From: an uncultured bacterium
Lineage (GTDB): Bacteria > T1Sed10-126
DNA length: 31,960 bases
Direction: 5' to 3'
NCBI GenBank assembly: GCA_964555265.1
Contig: CAZKRS010000001.1
Location: forward strand, 1 to 31,960
Numbering within the stretch: position 1 is the first letter of the stretch; each line of letters opens with the position of its first letter. Made by a program: the position numbers and the translations under genes. The notes under the pieces were generated by a model, which saw nothing but the letters and a program-made list of their open reading frames with translations, searched no databases and was not told the origin of the DNA. Below are positions 8,378-16,975 of this stretch, piece after piece.

Positions 8378-9133
8378 ATGATAGAAGTTAACAACTTACA
8401 TAAATCCCTGGGCGATGAGCAGGTTCTGCAGGGGATTAACCTCTCGATTCAAAAGGGAGAAATGTTTGCTCTTTTAGGGGGAAGCGGAGCCGGGAAATCG
8501 GTGTTGATTAAAAATATAGTCGGATTAATGAATCCCGACCGGGGGGAAGTATTAATAAACAACCAAAACATACATGAGCTGCGGGGAAGCAAGTTGAGCA
8601 AACTGCGCAGCTCGATCGGGATGTTATTCCAGGGGGGCGCTCTTTTTGATTCAATGACCGTCTATGAAAACCTGGCCTTCCCGCTCCGGGAGAAAACAGG
8701 TCTCGCAGAGGAAGAAATATCTACAAAAATCAGCCGGCAGCTCAAGCGGGTGGAACTTCAGGGCAGCGAGCAGAAATATCCGGCCGAACTAAGCGGGGGA
8801 ATGAAAAAAAGAGTTGCCCTGGCCCGCTGTCTTATCCTGGAACCGGAGATAATATTTTTTGACGAGCCAACCACCGGGCTGGACCCCCTGATAAGTAACG
8901 CTATTTTACGTTTAATATATAATATACACCGGGATTTAAAAATTACTGCGATTATAATTACTCATAATTTAGATAAAATATTTCCAATAGTTCAGAAAGC
9001 CGCACTGATCCATGAAGGAAAAATACTTGACTGTAATACACCGGAAAAATTCCTGGAATCGAATGAACCACTTATTAAAAAATTCGTGAACGAAGCAACC
9101 CGGGGACCCCTGGAGGCGATTGGTAATGCGTAA
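8378..9133 (+). CDS. mlaF: Mla ABC transporter ATP-binding subunit
   Basis: Walker A GGSGAGKS, MLFQGGALFDSMTV, LSGGMKKR, Walker B FFDEPT, H-loop; between mlaE and mlaD. Confidence 0.93.
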   Translation: MIEVNNLHKSLGDEQVLQGINLSIQKGEMFALLGGSGAGKSVLIKNIVGLMNPDRGEVLINNQNIHELRGSKLSKLRSSIGMLFQGGALFDSMTVYENLAFPLREKTGLAEEEISTKISRQLKRVELQGSEQKYPAELSGGMKKRVALARCLILEPEIIFFDEPTTGLDPLISNAILRLIYNIHRDLKITAIIITHNLDKIFPIVQKAALIHEGKILDCNTPEKFLESNEPLIKKFVNEATRGPLEAIGNA

Positions 9134-9575
9134 AATAGATTTTTCTGTCGGAATTTTCATCATTGTCGGCCTGCTTGTTCTAACATACATGTCCGTAAAT
9201 TTTGGAGACCTGAATATCCTGGGAACAAACTACTACCGGGTCAGCGCCCGGTTTTCCAACGTCACCGGACTGCAGAGGAACACGGAAGTAGAAATGCTGG
9301 GCATTCCCGTGGGCCGGGTGGATAAAATTCAACTGCGGGAATTTAACCCCACTGTTGAACTGTTAATTAGAGAGGATATTGATCTTCCGGAGGATACAAT
9401 TGCCAGCATCCGGACCCGGGGCCTGCTGGGAGAACAGTATGTTCATCTCTCCCCCGGGGGGCTGCCAATGGATATTCCCAAGGATGGCAGCGGTGAGATC
9501 CTGGAGACCGAATCGCCGCTGATACTGGAAGAAGTAATAGGAAGACTTATCTTTGGTGAAGCGGAGGAAAATTAA
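9126..9575 (+). CDS. mlaD: MlaD single-MCE-domain protein
   Basis: N-terminal TM, ARFSNVTGL, GIPVGRV, IRTRGLLGEQYVHLSPGG; GGAGG RBS 9 nt before ATG 9126. Confidence 0.93.
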   Translation: MRKIDFSVGIFIIVGLLVLTYMSVNFGDLNILGTNYYRVSARFSNVTGLQRNTEVEMLGIPVGRVDKIQLREFNPTVELLIREDIDLPEDTIASIRTRGLLGEQYVHLSPGGLPMDIPKDGSGEILETESPLILEEVIGRLIFGEAEEN

Positions 9576-10319
9576 ATGAGTAAAAAAGCAACAGCTATTA
9601 TTTTAACGGTTGTTTTTTTGTTTAGTTTCTTCCCAACCGTCGTTCTGGCTGAAAATAATGAACCTGAGCCGCAAAAGATTATTGAGGAAGGAATCCGGGA
9701 AGTTCTGCAATTGTTAGAAGATTCCCCGGTATACACCCCGGAAGATCTCCATCGGCTCCGACCAAAAATACAGGATGTTATTGAACCCTTGTTTGGATTT
9801 GAAGAGATCACTCTCCGCACCCTGGGCCGCCACGCCCGAGCAGCCAGTGAAAAACAGCTGGAAAAAATTGTCCCCCTGTATCGCGAACTGCTGGAAAACA
9901 TAATTTTAAACAGTCTCACCCCGATTGTGGAACACTCAAATGAACCACTGCCGATCCCCGAAGTTGAAATTACCGGCAGTGAGAGCAGAGAAAGCGGCGC
10001 GGTCCAATACGCCCGCGTGTTTTCAACCGCCCGGATTAACCCACAAAATGATGAAAAAAGAATGGAAGTAAAACTTAACTACCGGCTGGTCAAGCGGGAA
10101 GAGAACTGGATTGTCTACGATCTGGAAATTGAAGGCGTAAGTATGGTTGGAAACTATCGCTCCCAGTTTGATGATATCATCACCCGCCAATCGCTCGACG
10201 GTTTAATTTCCACTCTTGAGGAACGAATACGCCAGTTTGAAGAAGATCCCCAGAAAGCTCGGGAAGAGGTCGAGGACTGGCTGCCGGATACAGATGAGGA
10301 GCAAAATGATCAACAATAA
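9576..10319 (+). CDS. mlaC: MlaC/Ttg2D periplasmic phospholipid shuttle
   Basis: Signal peptide; YRLVKREENWIVYDLEIEGVSMVGNYRSQF signature; ATG abuts the mlaD stop. Confidence 0.9.
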   Translation: MSKKATAIILTVVFLFSFFPTVVLAENNEPEPQKIIEEGIREVLQLLEDSPVYTPEDLHRLRPKIQDVIEPLFGFEEITLRTLGRHARAASEKQLEKIVPLYRELLENIILNSLTPIVEHSNEPLPIPEVEITGSESRESGAVQYARVFSTARINPQNDEKRMEVKLNYRLVKREENWIVYDLEIEGVSMVGNYRSQFDDIITRQSLDGLISTLEERIRQFEEDPQKAREEVEDWLPDTDEEQNDQQ

Positions 10320-11052
10320 CGCTGAACAATCACGGTTGGCCGTGGTTGTTTTACTGCTTGGTTTTATTAGTTTAAATTTTCTCGCCCCGGGGACAGTTTC
10401 GGGCGAGAACGGGGCAGGTTACGATTTTGAGGACCCTTTTGAAGAAGAGACCGACGAGCTCCGGCCAGATAAAACGGCGGACCCGCTTGAAAGCTGGAAC
10501 AGGGTTGTCTTCGAGGTAAACGATTTTTTCTACCTGAAAATTCTGGACCCGGCAGCCCGGGGCTACCAGGCTGTTACTCCCCGTCCGATGCGCCGGGGGG
10601 TAAGCAACTTCTTCTCTAATTTAAGTGAACCTCTTTATTTTGTTAACTCCCTTCTCCAGCTGGAAGGAAAAGACGCTCATACAGCTTTTGCCCGGTTTAC
10701 AGTAAACAGCACCTTCGGCCTGGGAGGACTGTTTGACGTTGTTGATGATCAGCCAGAGCAGGTTCCTCGCCGGTTCGACCAGACCCTTGCCGTCTGGGGA
10801 ACGGGCCAGGGATTTTACATTGTCTGGCCCTTTCTGGGCCCCGCTACCCTGCGCAGCACCGTCGGGCGTGCCGGAGATACCACACTTGACCCCACCTGGT
10901 ATGCTTCCCCCCGGCTGGGCATGGAAGCAACGGCTGTTTATACCCTGAACGAAGCCCCAAAATGGCTTCAGGAATACGAACAGATGAAAAAATATATGAT
11001 CGATCCTTACAGCGGCGTGAAAAATGCGTACATTGAACAAACAAAATACTGA
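10306..11052 (+). CDS. mlaA: MlaA/VacJ-family protein
   Basis: DPLESWNRVVF, RGVSNFFSNL, RFTVNSTFGLGGLFDV, WPFLGPATLR; GAGGAG RBS before ATG 10306; protein has no Cys. Confidence 0.9.
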   Translation: MINNNAEQSRLAVVVLLLGFISLNFLAPGTVSGENGAGYDFEDPFEEETDELRPDKTADPLESWNRVVFEVNDFFYLKILDPAARGYQAVTPRPMRRGVSNFFSNLSEPLYFVNSLLQLEGKDAHTAFARFTVNSTFGLGGLFDVVDDQPEQVPRRFDQTLAVWGTGQGFYIVWPFLGPATLRSTVGRAGDTTLDPTWYASPRLGMEATAVYTLNEAPKWLQEYEQMKKYMIDPYSGVKNAYIEQTKY

Positions 11053-11068
11053 GAGAAAAATTTACTTC

Positions 11069-11097
11069 TTTACACGGGAAAATAAATAAATTATAGT
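11069..11097 (+). promoter_or_regulatory. sigma70-type promoter for the lipoprotein cluster
   Basis: TTTACA (11069-11074), 17 nt spacer, TATAGT (11092-11097), 43 nt before the lpoB-like ATG. Confidence 0.55.
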
Positions 11098-11140
11098 TGG
11101 TTGTTAGGGACAAAAAAATTTTTTAAGGAGGCTGGGAAAA

Positions 11141-11752
11141 ATGAAAAAAATAGCTGGTGTAATTATTTTACTTTTAGTGAGTTTATTAACCATAAACGGT
11201 TGTGCCCCCGCTCATCCCGAGGTGGCTCGTATTGATCCCGACGAAGATGTTGATTTAACCGGAGAATGGTCGGCGGATGATTCACGGCGGGTAGCCGAAA
11301 CAATGGTCAGCGACGCACTTAACCGGCCCTGGCTGGACAGGTTCCATGAAGAAGAAGGGAAAAGACCAACGGTTATTGTTGGATTATTCAGGAACCGGGG
11401 CGCCCAGCATATTGATCCTGAAATGTTCACAAATGACATTCAGCGAGAACTGATTAATTCCGGCCGGGTAGATTTTGTGGCCGGAGATGAACAGCGGGAA
11501 GCTCTCCGGGAAGAACGACAGGACCAGGCTGAATTTGCCGATCCGGCCACTGCGGCTGCCCTGGGTATGGAAGCCGGGGCCGATTATATGCTCCAGGGAA
11601 CTTTCATCTCCGATACTCAACGAGTTGAAGGGACAAGAGTAATCAGCTACCGGGTGGATATGGAGCTTATGCACCTGCAGACAAACCGTATTGCCTGGCA
11701 GGGCACTGAACGTATACGCAAGAGGGTGGACCAAGCCGGCTGGACCTGGTAA
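11141..11752 (+). CDS. lpoB: LpoB-family (penicillin-binding protein activator-like) lipoprotein
   Basis: Lipobox INGC; PTVIVGLFRNRGAQHID, RELINSGRV, GADYMLQG, LQTNRIAW; AAGGAGG RBS. Confidence 0.8.
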   Translation: MKKIAGVIILLLVSLLTINGCAPAHPEVARIDPDEDVDLTGEWSADDSRRVAETMVSDALNRPWLDRFHEEEGKRPTVIVGLFRNRGAQHIDPEMFTNDIQRELINSGRVDFVAGDEQREALREERQDQAEFADPATAAALGMEAGADYMLQGTFISDTQRVEGTRVISYRVDMELMHLQTNRIAWQGTERIRKRVDQAGWTW

Positions 11753-11754
11753 CA

Positions 11755-13107
11755 TTGCCTGCCTATTTTATGAATTCGGGGGTAATAAATATTAAATTAC
11801 TACGCACTTTTTGCCTCTATATGCTCCTTTTCTTCATCTTTTTAATCTCCGGCTGCGCTCCATCTCTTGACCATTACGAACCGATCTATGAATCACTGCA
11901 CCAGGGAGAATATGAAGAGGTAATCCGAATTCTCGAAGAAGCTCGCGAAGAGAACCGTTACGAGTATAAGGATCGGGTGCTGTATTCCCTGGAAAAAGGT
12001 CTGGCTCTTCATTACGCCGGTCTTTTCGAACGGAGCAACGAACGTTTTGCCCTCGCCGACGAATATATCACTGAACTTTATACCCGTCGTATTTCGGAAG
12101 TGGGATTCTCGTTTTTGACTAATGACAACGATCTCCCCTACCCCGGTGAACCATACGAAGATATCTATTTAAATGTTTTTAAAGCTTTAAATTTTGCGGC
12201 CCTGCGCGATCCACAGGCTGTTTTTGTGGAAGTTAGAAAACTGGATGAAAAATTGTCCTATATGGAAAGAAGATTCCGGGATCTGGCTGAAAGCTACAGT
12301 TCGGGAGCAGCCGGTGAGCTGGGGGAAGATATTGATATGGAAGCCGCAAGGGAAGAAAAAGATTTTCAGCCTGAACAAACACAGTTTCACAGCAGCGCCC
12401 TGGGGCGTTACCTGGGGTTCATTACCCGCCTGCAACTTGGCGAAAAAGACGGTGCAAGAATAGATCTGGAGAATATGCAGCAGGCGTTCTTAAATCAACC
12501 CGCCATCTATAATTTTGATTTTCCCGAACTTCCTTCACTTAATGAACCCCCCCGGGGACAAACCCGGGTTCATTTTTTGGCCGCGCTGGGAAAAGGCCCG
12601 GAAAAATACCAGGTGGAAGATAGAATATCTTATAAGGATCTTTACATAACAATTGCTTATCCCCGACTGCAAAAGCGAGGTACTTCAATTACAAAAGTGG
12701 AGATTTTAAAAAATGGTAACACTGCTGCCACGCTGGAAAAACTGGAAGATGTAAATCTTGTGGCTGAGAATGTTTTTCAGCTCCACCAGCCTTTAATTCA
12801 TGCTAAAGCCCTGGTCCGGGGGATCGGTAAGGCCCTAATCAGCCGGGAAGCGAGAGCTCAAACTGATAATCCCTTCCTGCAGCTTTTTATTCTGGGTCTC
12901 CAGGAAGCGACCGAACAGGCCGATCTGCGCACTACCCGGCTGCTCCCGGGAGAATTTCACGTCGGCTATCATACGGTCCCCACCGGCGAAGAAATTACAT
13001 ACACCGCAAGGTATTATGCGGATGGGTCTTTAATAAAAAGCGAAACAATTACAAAAACTTTTTCTCGTAATGACTTGAACCTTGTTCGTTTGCAAAGTTT
13101 CAAGTAA
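11755..13107 (+). CDS. COG3014-family TPR-like lipoprotein
   Basis: Lipobox ISGC; LYSLEKGLALHYAG helical repeat, PYPGEPYEDIYLN, EQADLRTTRLLP; typical neighbour of LpoB-family genes; start uncertain (TTG 11755 or ATG 11770). Confidence 0.7.
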   Translation: MPAYFMNSGVINIKLLRTFCLYMLLFFIFLISGCAPSLDHYEPIYESLHQGEYEEVIRILEEAREENRYEYKDRVLYSLEKGLALHYAGLFERSNERFALADEYITELYTRRISEVGFSFLTNDNDLPYPGEPYEDIYLNVFKALNFAALRDPQAVFVEVRKLDEKLSYMERRFRDLAESYSSGAAGELGEDIDMEAAREEKDFQPEQTQFHSSALGRYLGFITRLQLGEKDGARIDLENMQQAFLNQPAIYNFDFPELPSLNEPPRGQTRVHFLAALGKGPEKYQVEDRISYKDLYITIAYPRLQKRGTSITKVEILKNGNTAATLEKLEDVNLVAENVFQLHQPLIHAKALVRGIGKALISREARAQTDNPFLQLFILGLQEATEQADLRTTRLLPGEFHVGYHTVPTGEEITYTARYYADGSLIKSETITKTFSRNDLNLVRLQSFK

Positions 13108-13142
13108 AGTGTAGATGACTAAGAAAAAAAGGAAGTGAAATC

Positions 13143-14216
13143 GTGGAAATTAAAAATATTATGTTAATAATTCTGCTTCCACTGCTCCTATTGTCCGTGT
13201 TTTTCAGTTGTGCTCCGGCAGACAGCAAAATTGAAGGAGAAGAAGCCCCACGGTGGTTAACCAACCCCCGCGAGGAATATCCTGAAAATAGATACCTGGT
13301 CGCCCGGGGGCAGGCTCATTCCGAAGCGGGAGCAACTAACAACGCCCGCACCGAAATGGCCAGGATATTCAACCAGCAAATCGAAAGCCAGGAAGTAATC
13401 AGCGAAGAAATACTGGAAACATTTTCTGACGATAATACCGGTAAATTCCAGCAAGAAGTATCACGCCAGCAGCAAATTGTAGTCGAAACCGATGAAGAAA
13501 TCATGGGGTTGGAAATTAAAGAATTTTTCCAGGATAAGAAAAATAATATGTATTACGCCCTGGCAGTTCTTGAACGCAGTTCTGCCCGTAATATATACCG
13601 GGATCATCTTGACCGGGATAATCAACGGTTAAGCAGTTATTATGACCGGGCCCAATCAGAAGATTTAAATAACGTTCAAAAATTACAAAACCTGGCTAAG
13701 GCCCGCGCCCATGCTGAAAATGCGGTAAAACTTCAGCAGCATTTAAAAGTAATCAATCCGGATCGGCAGCCCCCCCGTTTAACCGTAAATCCCGTTGAGA
13801 TTGAACAGAAAATCAATGACCTGTTAAATAAATTAACGATCACCGTCGAACCCATCGAGGAATCAGTTATTTTTGAGCAGCATGAAATTAACCGCCGAAT
13901 AGAAGAATGGATAAACAATACTTTTGCTGATCTTGACTTCCAGATTGCGCCTGAAGAATCAATACTGGCTGTCAAAACTACTTTTAATGCCGACTGGGCG
14001 GACCGGCGCCGGGCGGACGTAACATTTATCCGCTGGAATATAAATATTAGCCTTCATGATAACGACCGGCAGACAGAAATAGGATCAATCTCCTACCAGA
14101 CCCAGAGTGGAGGGATCAATGAGGTTCAGGCTAAAAATAGAACCCAGCGCGATATCCAGAGCTGGATAGAAAATAATCTTTCGGAGTTGATCGTAAGAAC
14201 TTTACTTACCACTTAA
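13143..14216 (+). CDS. LPP20-family lipoprotein with C-terminal extension
   Basis: Lipobox FFSC; PRWLTNP, YLVARGQA, ARTEMAR, YYALAVL typical of LPP20; GTG start. Confidence 0.7.
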   Translation: MEIKNIMLIILLPLLLLSVFFSCAPADSKIEGEEAPRWLTNPREEYPENRYLVARGQAHSEAGATNNARTEMARIFNQQIESQEVISEEILETFSDDNTGKFQQEVSRQQQIVVETDEEIMGLEIKEFFQDKKNNMYYALAVLERSSARNIYRDHLDRDNQRLSSYYDRAQSEDLNNVQKLQNLAKARAHAENAVKLQQHLKVINPDRQPPRLTVNPVEIEQKINDLLNKLTITVEPIEESVIFEQHEINRRIEEWINNTFADLDFQIAPEESILAVKTTFNADWADRRRADVTFIRWNINISLHDNDRQTEIGSISYQTQSGGINEVQAKNRTQRDIQSWIENNLSELIVRTLLTT

Positions 14217-14238
14217 TTTTTTAAAGGAGGTTGTATTT

Positions 14239-14796
14239 ATGTTTTTTCGGAAAACATTTTTTGGGCTTCTAATTTTAACATTAGCGGGAGGATTAATTTT
14301 TGCGGGTTGCTCGCCCCAGGAAGCGGACACGACTGCCGAAGCGGATGCCTGGGGGGAAGATTTTGGCCCCCGGTGGGCAATGAACCTGCCCGAGGAAGAA
14401 AATTCTATTTTCGGGGCCGGAAATGCCCGCTCACGGGACCTTAACAACGCTATTCGACGGGCCAACCTGCAGGCTACTCAGCAAATAGCGCAAGCTATAA
14501 ACCAGACCATCCAGTCCTGGGAAGAAGAATATATCCAGGAAATGGGCGATGCCGCCGATGGGGAAATTCTGCAGGCTTCTGAATCTCTCCTGGAAAGAAT
14601 TGTCGAAGAAGACCTGCAGGGAGTCCGGGAAGTTGAACGAGCCGTCCAGGAAGACGAGGGAGTTTATAACGCCTGGGTCCTTGTCGAGTTAAATTTCGAT
14701 GATCTTGAGAATCAGTTTAGCGAAATGGAACGGCTGGAAACAGAATTTTCGCGCGAGGAAGCACGACGACGGTTCCAGGATCGGCTGGACAACTAA
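14239..14796 (+). CDS. LPP20-family lipoprotein
   Basis: Lipobox FAGC; PRWAMN, IFGAGNA, ANLQATQQIAQ, YNAWVLVEL; AAAGGAGG RBS. Confidence 0.7.
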   Translation: MFFRKTFFGLLILTLAGGLIFAGCSPQEADTTAEADAWGEDFGPRWAMNLPEEENSIFGAGNARSRDLNNAIRRANLQATQQIAQAINQTIQSWEEEYIQEMGDAADGEILQASESLLERIVEEDLQGVREVERAVQEDEGVYNAWVLVELNFDDLENQFSEMERLETEFSREEARRRFQDRLDN

Positions 14797-14811
14797 AATT
14801 TAACAGAAAAA

Positions 14812-14850
14812 CCCCGGGTGGTGCTTTTAAAACCACCCGGGGAAATTTTT
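14812..14850 (+). terminator. Stem-loop, probable intrinsic terminator or processing site
   Basis: CCCCGGGTGGT (14812-14822) pairs with ACCACCCGGGG (14832-14842), 11-bp perfect stem; A-run before, AAATTTTT after. Confidence 0.7.
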
Positions 14851-14890
14851 ACCGGAAATCCTTTCTTCAACCAGGGGAGGCCTACTTTAG

Positions 14891-15850
14891 ATGTTCAAGA
14901 CGCTCCAATTAGTCACTCCCGTCTTAATTTTAATGTTTTTTTTACCCCTTGAAACTACCGCAGCTAACCTGGAGATCTACCATATAGAAGGGAACGCCGA
15001 GGTTCGTTCGCCCGAACGGGAAGATTGGGGAAAAATTGAACCCGAAGATGAAATTTCACCGGCAAGCGAATTACGAATTGACAGCGGGTCTTTTCTTGAA
15101 GTGGAAATAGCCGGAGCTCACAGGGTTCGTTTCAACGAAAAAACCGGGATGAAATTTAACCTGGACGATGCTTCCGATTCTCTCAACCTGTACTACGGTT
15201 CGATTGAAATTGAACTTGTTCCCGAACAAATGACCGATTTCGACGATGATCTGACCGTCCATACACCGGTTAGTATAATGGGAGTCCGGGGAACTCAATT
15301 CAAAACATCATACGAAATGGAACAGACAAACTGGACGGGCGTGGACCGGGGAGCCGTATGGTTCGAAGCTGACACCAGGACAGAACTTGCCGCCGGCACG
15401 GGGGTTGATGTTGAACCCGACACCCCCGGTGGTAAACCCTCCCTCACCCGGCTGGGCGAAATCAGGGAAGAGTTGCACCTCACATGGGACCACTGGACAG
15501 AAAGACAACGGGTGAAGAGGTTTGAACAGATGCTTGTTGACTTAAATGAAGAAATTTATGAAATTGAAGAGCAACTCAACACCGAGCCGCTTCCCCGCCA
15601 GCACAGAAGTATGAAACGAAGACTTCAACAACTTAAAAATAGAAAAGAACAGATAGAAAACCGGTTAGAACCGGTCCGGGAAGCACTGGCAGATATACAA
15701 CAAAGATACAGCTCCTATCGGGAAGAACTTGAGGAACGTCGCCAGGATTTCATTGAAAATCGCCAGGAAGCTTTTGCGGATTTTATCGAAGAAAGAGAAG
15801 AAAGGTTTGAAGAATTCAGAGAAAGACGCCAGGAAAGACGCCGGGAATAA
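14891..15850 (+). CDS. Exported FecR-domain protein with C-terminal charged coiled coil
   Basis: Signal peptide; VHTPVSIMGVRGTQF FecR motif; E/R/Q-rich helical tail; GGGGAGG RBS. Confidence 0.75.
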   Translation: MFKTLQLVTPVLILMFFLPLETTAANLEIYHIEGNAEVRSPEREDWGKIEPEDEISPASELRIDSGSFLEVEIAGAHRVRFNEKTGMKFNLDDASDSLNLYYGSIEIELVPEQMTDFDDDLTVHTPVSIMGVRGTQFKTSYEMEQTNWTGVDRGAVWFEADTRTELAAGTGVDVEPDTPGGKPSLTRLGEIREELHLTWDHWTERQRVKRFEQMLVDLNEEIYEIEEQLNTEPLPRQHRSMKRRLQQLKNRKEQIENRLEPVREALADIQQRYSSYREELEERRQDFIENRQEAFADFIEEREERFEEFRERRQERRRE

Positions 15851-15878
15851 ACTTGCAAACTTAAATTTTACCTGCCGG

Positions 15879-16733
15879 TTATCCCGGTTCGACATGTATA
15901 AATATCCGCTCGATTTTATTTATTTCTTTTAGTTTTTCTCTTAATTTCTCTTCCGCCGCATGAACTTCTCCCAGCGGGCGGCTGGATTCTGTCTCCACGA
16001 TAAGTGAAATATGAACCCGGGGACCAACAAAATGGGTCTTTATACCGGTCGGGCCGTAAAAATTATTATCATCGGCCACAATTTTCTTTATTTTATCAAC
16101 CAGGTCCTCGGGGGCGGCCCGGCCCGTGATATGGTTTACGTTCTCAATTAAAGTCCCTACTCCTACTTTCATAATTGCGAAGGCCATCAACAGGGCCACC
16201 AGGGGATCCAACCAGCGCCAGCCCACTGCCGCCGTAACAAGAGCAACCAGCACAGTCAGATCGGCAAGAATATCACTGGCCTGGTCCCGCCCCAGTGCTT
16301 TCACAGCGGGAGAATGCAACTTTTTACCTTCCCGCATGCAGTGCCAGGAAAGGACAGCTTTTATCGCCATTGAACCGGCAATTACCACAATCCCGGCCGG
16401 ATTAAGTGTTACCCGCCGACCGTAGTAAAAAGTCCAGCCGGCGTCATACAGAACATACAGTCCCGAAACTGTAATTATAAGCCCCACAAATATTCCCACC
16501 AGTGATTCAAAACGCTGGTGACCCTCGGGATGATTGGCATCCGGAGGTTGAATGCTCACCCATAGCCCCAGGTAAAGAACAATACCGTATAAAAAATCAG
16601 CCGCATTGTTAAAACCAACCGACCTCAAAGCCGAGGAATCAAGCCAGAATCCCACCCATAACTTGAGAACCGATAATCCCAGGCTGATGATCAATAATAA
16701 ATATACTGGCCGCAATACCTGCTTGCTCTTCAA
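15879..16733 (-). CDS. Cation diffusion facilitator (MntE/FieF-like metal exporter)
   Basis: GFNNAAD (TM2), DANHPEGHQRFE, DQASD (TM5), C-terminal dimerisation domain ending IHVEP. Confidence 0.93.
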   Translation of the reverse strand: MKSKQVLRPVYLLLIISLGLSVLKLWVGFWLDSSALRSVGFNNAADFLYGIVLYLGLWVSIQPPDANHPEGHQRFESLVGIFVGLIITVSGLYVLYDAGWTFYYGRRVTLNPAGIVVIAGSMAIKAVLSWHCMREGKKLHSPAVKALGRDQASDILADLTVLVALVTAAVGWRWLDPLVALLMAFAIMKVGVGTLIENVNHITGRAAPEDLVDKIKKIVADDNNFYGPTGIKTHFVGPRVHISLIVETESSRPLGEVHAAEEKLREKLKEINKIERIFIHVEPG

Positions 16734-16975
16734 TTTTATCCCTCATCCGGGGCTGAAAAAGATTAATTTTTAAAGATAATAACCCGATATTATATCACCC
16801 TTGAATTGTTTTTTGAAAATTAATGATTTAAAAATCAATCCCAGGCCTTTATCCTTAAAGTACAGGGGCGGTATATTTCAATTCTAAAATTTTCGCCGGG
16901 CGCCATTTTTTACGGGACATTTTAAATATAATGCGTTAAGCTAAATCACAATAAAAATTGCAGCGGAGGTTTGAA

